DNA of 64,000 bases, from assembly GCA_963734545.1 (NCBI GenBank), contig CAVTHO010000007.1, positions 608,001 to 672,000 on the forward strand, written 5' to 3'. The translations under genes and the position numbers were made by a program. Below, in pieces: positions 1-11,139 of this stretch. The stretch comes from an uncultured Spirochaetota bacterium. Lineage in GTDB: Bacteria > Spirochaetota > Spirochaetia > SZUA-6 > Fen-1364. Below the pieces are notes generated by a model. It had not been told where the DNA came from, did not search any database, and worked only from the letters and a program-made list of their open reading frames with translations. Numbering within the stretch: the first letter of the stretch is position 1; each line of letters starts with the position of its first letter.

Positions 1-1
1 A

Positions 2-1057
2 GAGATCCTGACGGAGTGGCAGGATGCTCCTTCGGACCTGCTCGTGGCAGCCATACGGTATCTTGCCTCGACGGGAGGAACCTCCGGGCTTGCCGACGCG
101 CTTTCTCCGCTGGTAGATGCAAGCGACGCAGCGGTGGCATCAGCCGCAATCGAAGCGCTGGGCAAGACGGGCAACGCAGCCAGCGTGACGCTCCTCGTCG
201 CCCGGCTCTCGAGCACGGACTTCCCTGATGCGCGCAAGTCGGCCGTCATCCTGGCGCTCGGCGAGTTGAAGGACAACCATGCGGTGGACCGGTTGATGGC
301 AATCGCCCAAAGCCAGGACGAGGACAAGGTGCGCAGGATGTACGCGGCGGACGCCCTGGGCAAGATCGGCGATCCCCGCGCCCTTCCCGTGCTGAAGGCC
401 ATGTTCGACGAGCCCGACGCGCTCATCCGGCTCTATGCCGCCTCGGCTCTCGCCCGGTTCGGCCTCGATTCGGTCTTCCCGATCCTGATCCAGGCCCTGA
501 GAGACGAGAACTGGAAAGTCCGCGAGCAGAGCGCAAGGTCTCTGGCGCGGCCGCTGTCCTCCAGCCAGGCAGCCGCGGCAGTGCCCATACTCACGTTCAA
601 GGCGGAGAGCGATCCGATCAGCCAGGTGCGCGTCGCGTCCATCCAGGCATTGGGAGAGATCGGCGGTGATGCGCCGATGAAGGCCCTCGTGGCCATTTAC
701 GCGGGCTCGGATCACCCGCTGGAAAGCAGGGAAGCGGCGCTCGGTATCGTTGCGAAAAAATCTCTCTCGTCGGGCCTTGACGCGGTGCGCCGCGTGATCA
801 GCGACGAATGGAAATCCTATGATCAGCGGGCCATCGAATTCACGGCAAAAGTGCTCTCCACCGTGAACGCGGCGGAGCTCAGGGACATATTCGTCCGTTT
901 CCTGGACAGTCCGGACGCCGTGGTACGCTCCTACGGGTGCCGGGGAATCGCGGAGAACCATTTCTCCGACCTGAGAGAAAGGCTCCGGCTGATGTCGGAG
1001 AAGGACCCCAACCCCGGCACGCGGAAGGAAGCCGAGCTCAGCCTGGCAAAGCTCTAG
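2..1057 (+). CDS. HEAT/PBS-lyase repeat protein (5' end outside window)
   Basis: Frame is open from position 2. Repeated (V)R..A..ALG.IG motifs (AAIEALGKTG, VRRMYAADALGKIG, VRVASIQALGEIG). Confidence 0.85.
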   Translation, partial: EILTEWQDAPSDLLVAAIRYLASTGGTSGLADALSPLVDASDAAVASAAIEALGKTGNAASVTLLVARLSSTDFPDARKSAVILALGELKDNHAVDRLMAIAQSQDEDKVRRMYAADALGKIGDPRALPVLKAMFDEPDALIRLYAASALARFGLDSVFPILIQALRDENWKVREQSARSLARPLSSSQAAAAVPILTFKAESDPISQVRVASIQALGEIGGDAPMKALVAIYAGSDHPLESREAALGIVAKKSLSSGLDAVRRVISDEWKSYDQRAIEFTAKVLSTVNAAELRDIFVRFLDSPDAVVRSYGCRGIAENHFSDLRERLRLMSEKDPNPGTRKEAELSLAKL

Positions 1058-1067
1058 ACCATCTCCC

Positions 1068-2820
1068 CTACATGCCCGCGCTTTTCGCCTGCCTCAACAA
1101 ATTGTTGATCTCATCCAGCGGCGACACCCACTGACGGAAGTACAGGGACAATTCCATGCCGCGCGGGCTCACGAACGGGATCTCCTTTCCAAGGCAGTCC
1201 TCCACGGGCCCGGAAAGCGTGGGAAAGAGCTCGGCTTTCAAGGCGGTGAACACGTACCGGCCGTCGACATTGCGGATCTCCGCGATCGAGGAGGGAACCG
1301 GCACGAGGAACACGAGGTAGGACGAGAACCTGCCCCCGACGCTGCGCGCCGCGCCCGGTGAGATGCGATGGACGTTGCGGAAGCCGACGCGGTGATTCTG
1401 CAGCCCCACGCGCATCTCGATGAGCGCGGGAAGAGTGGCCTGCTGCATGTGCTGCCGCGGCAGGGCTCTCTTGAGGCTCGTGACGGTCGGCCGAACGCGT
1501 CTGCCGGGAATTGCGGGGGGGCAGCCGGGCCGGTCCGGGCGCCGAGAAGGGGCACAAGCTTGCGGCCGCCCGCATGCGCAGCGGGCGCTCCGGGCGACCG
1601 GCAGCGTCTCCGCCTTACGCCGCCGCGCCCCGGCGGCAGTCCTGCCCGCAGGCACGGCTCTGGCAGACTGCGGGACCGGCGCCTCCACGAGTTTCTTCCG
1701 CAAGAGAAGAAACAGCCTCACCAGCAGGTAGATCAGGGCGATTCCGAGCACGATGTAGAGCACGTAGAGGAAGGTAAGCCGAGGGATGGGGATCCCGCCT
1801 TTGCCCGTGTAGGTGAACGAGAGAGTTCCCGCTGTCGGGGAGATGCGAAGGTCGTCCTGGAACACGAGCTGGACGTGTATCGTCTGGTCTCCGCGGGGGA
1901 AGGAAAGGGGCAGGCGGAGGGGAGCGTCCAGAGATGCCTCACCCATCGCAGGGACCGTGAGCGCGACCTTCTTTTCCAGAAGGTCCAGACCGTCGCTCTG
2001 GATTCCCGACAACCGGACGATGATGGGCTCGTTCCTCCAGTTCTTCACTTTGAAGGGGGCATTGAACCTGTTGCCGACCTTCCCGAGATTGGGCGGAAAA
2101 GTCAGATTGGGAAACCCGGTCGTGCGCCCGGTGACATTCTCTCTGTCGCTCACCGTGTAGGGAACGATTGACACCCCCAGTGTCTGGGCGATGTCGGAAA
2201 GATAGCTCTTCGCGCCTTCCTCGCCCGGCGCAGGCTGGGGCGGGACTTTCAGGATGTCCAGGGTCCAGCCTTCTTTTTTCATGGCCTGGGTCGCGTCCAG
2301 TATTGCGGCGCGAATGCTTTCAGGGCTTCCCCGGTTGGGGCTTCCCGGGAGGAGGATCGTGCACTCCGTCCGTGATGAGCAGGATCTGCTTCGGGTTGGT
2401 CTCGGGCAGCTCCTTGGTGTACTTGTTCAGGAACTGCAGCGCGGAAACCAGGTCCGTGTAGCGCCCGAGCGCGTGCAGGAGCAGGATGCGGCCGAACGCC
2501 CTCTGCGCGGCCTCCTCGCTGTTCACCTCCAGGGAGATCTCGACCTCCGGAGCGCTGGAGAAGCTCAGGAGGTGGAAGGTGTCCCCGCGGTGCAGCTTCT
2601 CGGTGAGCAGGTCCTGGACGAGGTAGTTCATCAGGTCGTCGAAGTAGGGGAACATGCTCTCCGACGTGTCCACCATGACGACCAGGTCGATATTCGCGGC
2701 GGGCAGCGGCGCAGCGGCGCCCGCCAGGAGCGCGAAGACCGCCAAGACAAGCAGGGTACGTGCACGGTGCCCCGCGTCCCTGAAAGACTGCCGCCCGGGG
2801 CGGCCTTTGGAGCTTTTCAT
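1068..2820 (-). CDS. Membrane-anchored VWA-domain protein (frameshifted near 2300 and probably ~1550)
   Basis: Signal-like N-terminus, MIDAS motif DLVVMVDTSESM, RYTD, LLITDG. TM helix FLYVLYIVLGIALIYLLV. Pieces lie in ORFs 2320..3198 and 1068..2282. Confidence 0.75.
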
Positions 2821-2827
2821 AGGTTTT

Positions 2828-5523
2828 TCAGATCCGCCTTCTCGATGTGATTCCACGCTGTAGTGGAACTCGTTCTGGTTGATCGTGAACTTCAACTCTT
2901 CGCCCGGGCGGTGGTCCCACAGGGCCATGCCCAGCGGCGAGAGGTATGAGATGACGTTGCGGCTGGGATTCGACTCCCAGGGCCCCAGGATGACGTACTC
3001 CTCGGGCTGACCGCTCTTACGGTTGTTCAGGCGCACCCGGGTGCCGAAGGCGATGCGGTCCGTCTTCACCTCGTTCTCGTTGAAGATCTGGGCCTGCTGC
3101 ACCTCCTCCTTGAGCCGCGAGGCGGTGACCTTCAGCATCTCCTGCTTCTCCAGGGCGGCCTTGTACTCCGCGTTCTCCCGCAGATCGCCCTTGGCCATGC
3201 GCGACGCCGATCTCCTTCGAGTTCTCGGGGATCTCCACGTCGATGACGCGCTTGAGGTCCTGCTGCTTCTTCTCGAAGCTCGCGCGTGTCACCAGGAGCC
3301 CCAGGCTGACCTTTTCCGCGCCCGGCTCGCCGAGGAAGTGGAAGTCGGGATGCTTCTCCTTGATCCGGTGCTTGAGCTGGATCTTGATGGACGGGATCGA
3401 GCTCCTTCACGTCGTCCACCAGCGTGTACAGGCGCGTGATGGAATCCTGGTCCGCGGCCATGAGGAACTCCAGGAGCTTGCCCTTCGTCGAAGAGGAACT
3501 CCTGGATCTGGCGGTTCGTCTTCCGGTTGGCGCTGGCGTTCTGCTTGTTGGCGATGTCGCGGTAGGTGATGTCCAGGAGGTGGATGAGGCCGATGTAGAT
3601 CTTCTCCCGGGAGATGTTCATCCTCTCCAGCCAGCGCTCGCCGAGGAGGTTCTTCGCGATCCAGACGAACGCGTCCCGCTGCTCGCGGTAGCGGGAGACC
3701 ACGCCGGTGAGCATGCCGCCCAGGGCGTCCCAGAGGCGAGTCGCCACCAGCTCGTCCACGATGAACCGGTTGGGGAACAGGGCGAACAGCCGCGTGAATA
3801 TCGACGGCCAGTCCGTCGATGTTCTTCTTCACGGCCACGAGGAAGTCCCGCCGCAGCTCGGGGTCCTCGATCGCGGGAGAAGGTCTCCTCGAGCTTCTCG
3901 ATCTTTCCGAACAGCTCCTCGAAGCTCGTCTGCACGCCGATCGAGAGGAAGGGGTACAGGGTGACGATCTTCTGCAGCAGCAGCCAGCTGCGCGATCACC
4001 GTCTCCGAGACGGCCGTGTAGCCCTTGAGGAAGCCGGTGAAGTAGGCGAACATCTCGGTGAACCAGTCCGAGTCCGGCTCGGCGTGGCCGGCCTGCGACG
4101 TAGTCTTCGATCGTCTTCACGCGCTCGAAGAAGCCCTTCTCCGCCTTGAACTTGTTGTACGTCTTTTCCTCGAAGGAGATGGGCTTGTCCCGCACCATGA
4201 ACTGGTCGATCTTGTCCGGGAGATTGCCGAACGCGGAATCCTTTTTCAGGATGGAGCGGGCCTCCGTGTTCCACCGCGACCATTCCCCGCGGTGAGCACG
4301 TCCGGCACGAGCTCGGCCTTGATCTTCTTCATGTCCGCGAGGTTCCCGAAGCTCTTGATGATCGTCTTCAGGGCCCAGGCCGGCGTCTTCCTTGACCTTG
4401 CGCGGCGAGCTCTTCCTTCGGCAGGGTCCGCTTGAGCACCCAGATGTGCTCGGGGGAGAGCACCTCCAGGGCGCTGACCGCCATCTTCAGCGACATCTTG
4501 TGCGACGTCTTGTTGGCGAAGTCGATCGTGAACGTGTCGTCCTTGCTCGCGGAGATGCGGCCGATGCCCCAGGTCCGATGGAACACGTAGTTGCCCGTGT
4601 CGAAGCCGATGTGCTTCTCGAAGTCGGCGATGGCCTCGTGGACGTTCCGCCAGTTCTGCGTGAGGTTGGAGATCTTGATGTATTCCTCCAGCTGGCTGTG
4701 CGCGGCGTACTTCTCGCGGTAGCACTCGATGATGTCCTTGCGCGCCGCGTTGTTCTTGGAGTCGTAGGCGAGGATCTTCTTCAGTATCTCGATGGAGGTG
4801 TTCCAGTCCTCCTTCTCCTTGTAGTGCGGGATGAGCGTGACCAGCAGGGAGGCGGCGCGCTCGCCGTTGATGGCGCGCGCGATCCGCCCCTCGATGTGGA
4901 AGAAGAAGTCGATGTCCTCGGGGCTGAGCTTGATGAGCTTGTCCCACAGCTCCTTGACGCTCGCGAACTGCTTCTTGTTGATGAAGCGGTGGATGGCCTT
5001 CTTGTAGTAGTCCACCGCGGCGGGCATGTCCCGTCCTGCTCGCGCTTTTCCCCGAGGATCTTGACGATGTCCGCTTCCTCGTAGTCCACGCGGATCAGGC
5101 GGTCCCAGATCTCGAGCTTCTTCGCGCTCCTCGTCCCGGTTCTCGTAGCACTCCCCGAGGGTGCGCAGGGCGTACTTGTTCTCCCCGTATTCCAGGATCC
5201 GCTCCGCGAGGTACTCCACGACGTTCCACTTGTGGTTGTCCATGAAGATGCTGATGAGCATGATCAGGTTGGTGTCGTCCACCAGCTCGCGGGAAAGGGC
5301 CAGCACCCCGGAGAGGTACAGGGCGATGATCGAGTTGCTCGTGTGCTTGAGGTGCTCCCCGGCGAGCTCGCGGACTTCCTCCGCGATCCCTTCCGCGCGC
5401 GCCCTGCTCGATGAGCGCGTCGAGGTCCTTGAAGTTGGTGATCGAGTAGCTGTTGAGGGTCGCCCGCGTCCACTTCTCCTCGTTGAGCAGATCGGTGATC
5501 GTCTTCAGCAGTTCCGTTGCCAT
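2828..5523 (-). CDS. greA: Spirochaete-type long GreA (N-terminal helical extension plus C-terminal GreA domain), multiple frameshifts
   Basis: N-terminus MATELLKTITDLLNEEKWTRATL is typical of treponemal GreA. C-terminus has GDLRENAEYKAA, ILGPWES.P..NVISYLSPLG. Split over about 7 ORF fragments. Confidence 0.9.
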
Positions 5524-5554
5524 TCTGTACTCCCTCCGTGCGTTCGACGTCGTC

Positions 5555-6518
5555 TCAGGCGGTATATTCCTGGTGCACCCGGGGATCGAGCTCCCGGATC
5601 TTCGCGAGGACCTCCTCGATCCGCTCCCGCGGCTCTCCCGTGGTCAGGTAGTGGTCGATCAGCCAGAAGTAGCGGTTGATCAGCCGCGGCACCAGGCAGA
5701 TCGCGCGCCGCACCCGCCGCGCTGCAGTCCTTCTCCAGCTGGTAGATGGCCTGCTTGAGCTTGCCGAACTCCAGCGGCTTCATCTCCCGCTTCACGTTGA
5801 ACACTCCCCAGATCGCGCCGTACACCGGCATCCACTCCGCGAGCGCCGGCCCCGCGTAGCCCCTGGTCCGCAGCCGCGCCGCCAGGCGCTGCACCAGGGG
5901 GGACTCCAGCCCCGCCAGGTCGACGGCCTGCGGGATCGAGGAAGAAGGCCTCGCGAAAGAACACCTTCGCCGCCCGCGACTCGTTCACGAGCGAATAGCA
6001 GTCGGCCAGCTCCGCGAGGATGCGCGCGATCCTCGCGTCCGCTCCCTGTTGGCGCGCTCCAGGCACTCGATGGCGCGCTCGTAGTTCCCCAGCCCCTTGC
6101 AGCAGCGGCCGATCTGCAGCAGCACGTCCGGGTCCCCCCCCGTCTGGCCGGCTTCCGCCTCCGCCGAGAGGTAGCAGGCCAGGGCGGAAGAGAAGACGAA
6201 CTGCTTGATGGCGAACAGGCACCTTTCCGGCATGTCGGGGAGCCGTTCCGCGAAAGCCTGGAAAAGCCTCCACAGGGCCATGAGCTGTTCCCCCCGCTCG
6301 AAACCATCGCGCGCCGCGTGCTCGCGCTCGAGGCGCTCCTTCCAGAATTCCGCGCACTTCAGAGCGGTGGAGGCACCCGGGTAATCGATGGCAGCCTCGA
6401 GGACCTTCTCGAGAGCGTCGATTGCCTCCGCGAACAGCCCTTCTCTCAGCGCCTGGGCAACCCCGGTATAGAACTGCAGTACCGCCTCGTCCCGGAACAA
6501 GGGCTGTCCCACCGTCAC
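5555..6518 (-). CDS. TPR-repeat protein upstream of greA (frameshifted)
   Basis: DPDVLLQIGRCCKGLGNYERAIECLE TPR motif, followed by fragments LAELADCY..AKVFFREAFF and EWMPVYGAIWGVFNVKRE. Start approximate (GTG 6518). Confidence 0.7.
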
Positions 6519-6713
6519 CTTCCGGTCCTCCGGCCCGAGACCCGCGCCTTTGCCTGCAAGCTCGTGAGATGAGGAAGGGCGCGAACCCTGTGCGGCATGG
6601 AAATCGCGTAAACACGGGCGGAAAAAGCAATTACCGTCTATCGCACCCCGTTCAAAATATCGCACGTCGCAGCGTCTTTCGTCAATGGCAGGATTCTGTT
6701 AGGATGGCCGCGC

Positions 6714-7382
6714 ATGAAGGAAAAGGCCAGAAGAATCCTCATCGCCCCCTCCGTCCTTTCCGCGAATTTCGGGGCTCTTGCGGATGGGGTCCGCCAGGCG
6801 GAATCCATGGGGGGAGATCTCGTGCATCTGGACGTCATGGACGGGAGCTTCGTTCCCCCCATCACCTTCGGAGAAAAAGCGGTGCATGACCTCAGACCCC
6901 TCACGAGACTGCCATTCGACGTGCACCTGATGATCCGCAGGCCGGAACACCACGTGGACGAGTTCTGCGCCGCCGGCGCCGACTACCTCACGGTTCATTT
7001 CGAGGCCACGACTCATCTGCATGCAGTACTTTCATCGATCAGGGAACGGGGCAGGCGCCCCGGGATCGCGCTCGTGCCGTCCACGCCCGCGGAGGCCCTC
7101 AGCGAAGTGCTGCCGCTCGTCGACATTGTGCTTGTCATGACGGTGAGCCCTGGATTCGGAGGCCAGGAGCTGATAACCCGCTGCCTCCAGAAAGTGAAGT
7201 CTTTGCGACGAATGAGGGATGAATCCGGCCTCGATTACCTCATCGAGGTGGACGGGGGTATCAACCGCTCGACCATCGGTGCGGCCCTGGAGGCCGGTGC
7301 GGATGTGATTGTCGCCGGATCCGCTCTCTTCGGCGCCGGGGATCCTGCCGCTGAAGTCGCATTCCTCCGCAGCCCATGGTAA
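6714..7382 (+). CDS. rpe: Ribulose-phosphate 3-epimerase
   Basis: IAPSVLSANF, HLDVMDG.FVP.ITFG, DVHLMI, VMTV.PGFGGQ, EVDGGIN motifs. Confidence 0.97.
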   Translation: MKEKARRILIAPSVLSANFGALADGVRQAESMGGDLVHLDVMDGSFVPPITFGEKAVHDLRPLTRLPFDVHLMIRRPEHHVDEFCAAGADYLTVHFEATTHLHAVLSSIRERGRRPGIALVPSTPAEALSEVLPLVDIVLVMTVSPGFGGQELITRCLQKVKSLRRMRDESGLDYLIEVDGGINRSTIGAALEAGADVIVAGSALFGAGDPAAEVAFLRSPW

Positions 7383-7441
7383 ATTCGGGTTCAGTTTGCC
7401 CCTGTGAGGGTCGAAAGTCTAAGGAGGAGAGAAAAAGGCGC

Positions 7442-8401
7442 ATGATACTTCCCCGGATGGCGCTCGTCCCGCTTCTGACGGTTTTTCTCTGCCTCACGCC
7501 CCCGCTTCTGCAGGCCCAGTCGTCGGGTCCCTCCAGTGACATCAAGGAGGGGATCGACCTGTTCAGGGACGGTCGATACGACAAGGCGATCCAGTTCCTG
7601 CGCACATTTCTCCAAAACACCCCGTACGACACGCAGAAGGCCGCCGCATACCTGCTTCTGGCAAAATCCTATATCGCCATCGGATCTCTGGACGAAGCAG
7701 AGAAGAATCTCGAGTACTACATTGCCCACTACCCGCGCGCGGCCGATATCCAGGAAGCGCTCTACCAGAAGGGCCGGCTTCTCTTCATGCAGGAGGATTT
7801 CGAAAACTCCGTGCAGGCATTGCAGAGCTTCCTGGCCACCTACCCGAGGTCTACGTTCGTGCCCAGCGCCTGGTTCTGGATCGGGGAGAGCCTTTATGGC
7901 CTCGGCCGTCTCGACGAGGCGCAGTCCGCCTACCGAAAGATCCTCACCGACTATCCTTCCAGCGTGAAAGTCGAGGCCGCACAATATAAAGTGTCTCTCA
8001 TCCAGCTCACGCAGAAAGAAGTGGAGCTCGCCCGGCTGCTCAAGTGGAGCCACGAGGAGTTTCTCAAGAGCACGGAGGAGTTTCAGGCAAGGGAGAGAAC
8101 GTACCAGCAGGCGATAGAGGCCTACCAGAAGCGCCTCGCGGGCAGCGGTGCGACTGAAGACCAGAAAACGATAGCAGAGCTGCGGCAGGCATTGGCGAGC
8201 AAAACAGAGGAAGCCAATACTCTTGCCGCGCAGCTTGCGAAATCCGGACCTCCCGGCGGAACCGCTCCCGCGGCGCCGGGCACGCCGGACGCTGACCAGC
8301 TGGCGAAGATGCAGCGATTGCTGGCCGCCGAGCAGAAGGCACTTGCCCTCAAGGAGATCTATCTCTCCTGGCTGGAAGCGCACGTGGGAGCAGGGAAATG
8401 A
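7442..8401 (+). CDS. Exported TPR protein (BamD/CpoB-like TPR plus coiled coil)
   Basis: Signal peptide, AGGAGG RBS upstream, TPRs with YP.S..V..A pattern. Confidence 0.75.
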   Translation: MILPRMALVPLLTVFLCLTPPLLQAQSSGPSSDIKEGIDLFRDGRYDKAIQFLRTFLQNTPYDTQKAAAYLLLAKSYIAIGSLDEAEKNLEYYIAHYPRAADIQEALYQKGRLLFMQEDFENSVQALQSFLATYPRSTFVPSAWFWIGESLYGLGRLDEAQSAYRKILTDYPSSVKVEAAQYKVSLIQLTQKEVELARLLKWSHEEFLKSTEEFQARERTYQQAIEAYQKRLAGSGATEDQKTIAELRQALASKTEEANTLAAQLAKSGPPGGTAPAAPGTPDADQLAKMQRLLAAEQKALALKEIYLSWLEAHVGAGK

Positions 8402-9528
8402 CACCCTTATTGCACGGTCTCGCTCGGATTCCCCGATCCTTTCTGCTGGCCGCCCTGCTCCTGGCAGTGTGTGCGCCGGGATGGTCACTCGATCTCGCCG
8501 ACGGTCCGCTTCGGCTCACGCTGCATGAGCGGTTAGGAAGATTTTCCCTTTCTTTCGTGCCCACGGCTGGCAAGAGCGTTCCCGTCTCCCTGCTTTCGGC
8601 GCAGGATCCACGGACCTCGATGCTCAGCGTGGTGGTCGGCAACAAGATCTACCGAATGGGCGAATCCTCATCGTTCTCCGAAACAGCGGTGAAAATGCCT
8701 CGGGGCGCGCGCTTTGTCTGGAAATCGTCCTTTCTGCAAGTCACGGAAACATTCACCTTCATCTCGTCTCCGGATTCTCCGGTGACCAACGGCGTTCAAG
8801 TCGATGTCGGCCTGAAAAACATATCCGAGAAGAGCTATAATGCGGGCATCCGGTACCTGTTCGACACCTGGCTCGGTGAGGCGAGCTCCGTGCACTTCCG
8901 CACCGACACGCTCTCGCAGATGAGCCGCGAGCTGACGATTCTTCCCCGCGACAACACTCTTTACTGGGCCTCTCCGCTCGTCGGAGATCCCGAGGGCATC
9001 GGCCTCCAGGTAATGACCTCGGGCGCCGGCGTGACCGTTCCCGACCGTGTCGTGTTCGCGAACTGGAAACGCTTGAGCGATGCGGCCTGGAGCTATCAAA
9101 CTTCGGCGGACCGGAATTTCAGCCAGCTTCCGTATTCGGTGAACGACTCCGCCGTGAGCCAGTACTATGATCCGCGTGCCATCCCCCCGGGCGCGGAAGT
9201 GTCGATCACCCTGCTCCTGGGCAAGTTCAGCAGGGAGGGCTTTCGCGCGGCAGGACCGGCGGCGCCCGCGGCGGGAGCCGCTGCCGGACCCGCATCCACG
9301 CAGGCGGCAGCCGCGAGCACCGGGCAGTCACCGGCCGCGGCAAAGACAACGCCGGGTGAAAGCGAAGCGATCCGCGCGGATCTGTCGACCGTGAACCTCA
9401 TTCTCGCTGAAATCGATGCGCTGGCCGCGGCAGGGTCGCTGTCCGAGGAAAAGCTGAGGCAGCTGGAATCAGCCCTGACGGACCTGGGAGGCCGCTCGTC
9501 CCGGTTTGCCGCTCCCGATGGCAAGTAG
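8398..9528 (+). CDS. Exported hypothetical protein
   Basis: Signal peptide, ATGA overlap with upstream gene, beta-rich body and Ala-rich linker. Confidence 0.7.
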   Translation: MTPLLHGLARIPRSFLLAALLLAVCAPGWSLDLADGPLRLTLHERLGRFSLSFVPTAGKSVPVSLLSAQDPRTSMLSVVVGNKIYRMGESSSFSETAVKMPRGARFVWKSSFLQVTETFTFISSPDSPVTNGVQVDVGLKNISEKSYNAGIRYLFDTWLGEASSVHFRTDTLSQMSRELTILPRDNTLYWASPLVGDPEGIGLQVMTSGAGVTVPDRVVFANWKRLSDAAWSYQTSADRNFSQLPYSVNDSAVSQYYDPRAIPPGAEVSITLLLGKFSREGFRAAGPAAPAAGAAAGPASTQAAAASTGQSPAAAKTTPGESEAIRADLSTVNLILAEIDALAAAGSLSEEKLRQLESALTDLGGRSSRFAAPDGK

Positions 9529-9540
9529 GAAAAGTCCCGC

Positions 9541-10614
9541 ATGAAGGGAAAGGGCCTGGGAGACGCGAGGAAACTCTTTCGCGCCCGGAAATTCCCAGAA
9601 GTCATCCGGCTCCTCGAACCGGAGGTATTTCGCCATCGCGAGAGCTTCGAGTACTTCCAGCTGCTGGGGTTTTCCTGCCTGCACGCCGGTGACCTCGGCG
9701 GCGCATTCTCTTACATAAGCCGCGCTCACCAGCTCAAAACGGACGACGTCAGCGCTCTCCTCGGCCTGGCCGCGATCCACTTCAGGCGCTCGGAAAACGA
9801 CACGGCGATCAAGCGCTGGCTCGAGGTGCTGGAAGAGCAGCCATCCAACCGCATTGCGCGCCGCGGGCTCGACCTCCTGCGCCGCGGGCTCGGCAGGGAT
9901 GGTCTGCAGGATTTCATCGATTCCGGCAGGCTGAAGCTCCTCTATCCGCCTCTGCCGCCGCGCATTCGTGGAGTTTCGATCCTCGTCGTCATTCTTACGC
10001 TGCTGATCGCGGCAGGGCTCGGGTACCTTGTGTACAGGGTGCGGGGGACGCCTGCAGAATCGAGACCCGGTGTGGCGGCAATCGAGATACCCCCCGGACT
10101 TTCACGGCTGACCGAGTCGGGAACCGACTTCACCTTCGTGTTCACCGAGAAGGAAGTCAGGCAGGTCTTCCAGAAGGCGAGGGGGCTGCTCCTCGAATAC
10201 CGTGACAACCTCGCCGCCGTGGAAATCAACAGGATTCTCCTCTCGAACGCGGCGCTGGCCATCCAGGAACGGGCGCGGCTGCTCAAGGGTTTCGTCACGC
10301 AGCCCACCTTCGACACGCTGCGCGATTCGTTTCCCTATGCGAAAGTCGCCCTGCAGCCCGCGCTCTATGACGGCTGCGCGGTGAGGTGGAAGGGCAAAAT
10401 CGCGAATCTCCGCGCGGGTAAGGATGCCATGAGCTTCGACTTTCTCGTCGGATACGACCAGGAAAAAGAGCTCGAGGGTATCGTCCCCGTCAGTCTGCCC
10501 TTCGCCGCGCAGCTGGAGAACGGAATAGCGCTCGAAGTGCTCGGCCAGGTAGTGTACCGCGCAGGCAAGCTCGGTCTCCAGGGTATTTCCGTGCACAGGC
10601 TCACCGGTCAGTAA
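9541..10614 (+). CDS. TPR-containing single-pass membrane protein
   Basis: N-terminal TPRs, central TM (ILVVILTLLIAAGLGYLVY), C-terminal possible OB-like beta domain. Confidence 0.7.
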   Translation: MKGKGLGDARKLFRARKFPEVIRLLEPEVFRHRESFEYFQLLGFSCLHAGDLGGAFSYISRAHQLKTDDVSALLGLAAIHFRRSENDTAIKRWLEVLEEQPSNRIARRGLDLLRRGLGRDGLQDFIDSGRLKLLYPPLPPRIRGVSILVVILTLLIAAGLGYLVYRVRGTPAESRPGVAAIEIPPGLSRLTESGTDFTFVFTEKEVRQVFQKARGLLLEYRDNLAAVEINRILLSNAALAIQERARLLKGFVTQPTFDTLRDSFPYAKVALQPALYDGCAVRWKGKIANLRAGKDAMSFDFLVGYDQEKELEGIVPVSLPFAAQLENGIALEVLGQVVYRAGKLGLQGISVHRLTGQ

Positions 10615-10627
10615 CTCGGCGGCCGGC

Positions 10628-11077
10628 GTGCGTGCTGTCGTACAACGTGTCCGCGACTGCTCCGTCAGCGTGGACGGGCAGGTGAAGGGCAGGATCGAAT
10701 CCGGCCTCCTCGTGTACCTCGGCGTGGGCAGAAACGATTCGCAAAAGGACGCGGTCTCGCTCTGCGACAAGATCGTCAATCTGAGGATATTCTCTGACGT
10801 TCAGGGCAAGATGAACCTCTCCGTGCGGGACACGGGCGGAAGCATTCTCGTCGTATCGCAGTTTACCTTGTATGGGGATGCGCGCGAGGGAAGGCGGCCT
10901 TCCTACACCGAGGCAGCGGATCCCGAAAAGGCGCGAATCCTCTACGACCATGCGCGTGCCCTTCTTGCCGCACGCGGCGTGCCGGTGGCTGCCGGTGAGT
11001 TCCAGGCCATGATGGAAGTCACCTACACGAACATGGGACCGGTCACCATCCTCCTCGATTCGGAGAAAAACTTCTGA
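10628..11077 (+). CDS. dtd: D-aminoacyl-tRNA deacylase
   Basis: MRAVVQRV, LRIF.D..GKMN.SV, VSQFTL, GPVT motifs. Confidence 0.97.
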   Translation: MRAVVQRVRDCSVSVDGQVKGRIESGLLVYLGVGRNDSQKDAVSLCDKIVNLRIFSDVQGKMNLSVRDTGGSILVVSQFTLYGDAREGRRPSYTEAADPEKARILYDHARALLAARGVPVAAGEFQAMMEVTYTNMGPVTILLDSEKNF

Positions 11078-11139
11078 GGCCCTCACTCGGGGCATTCCGC
11101 CGGCTCATCTGGTCACACTACCGCGAGAACAAGAGATCC

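Noticed and set aside
2320-3198. Apparent GreA-vWA fusion ORF
   Set aside because: An indel near 2850 joins the greA C-terminus to the next gene. greA has its own stop at ~2828 and the vWA gene its own ATG at 2820.
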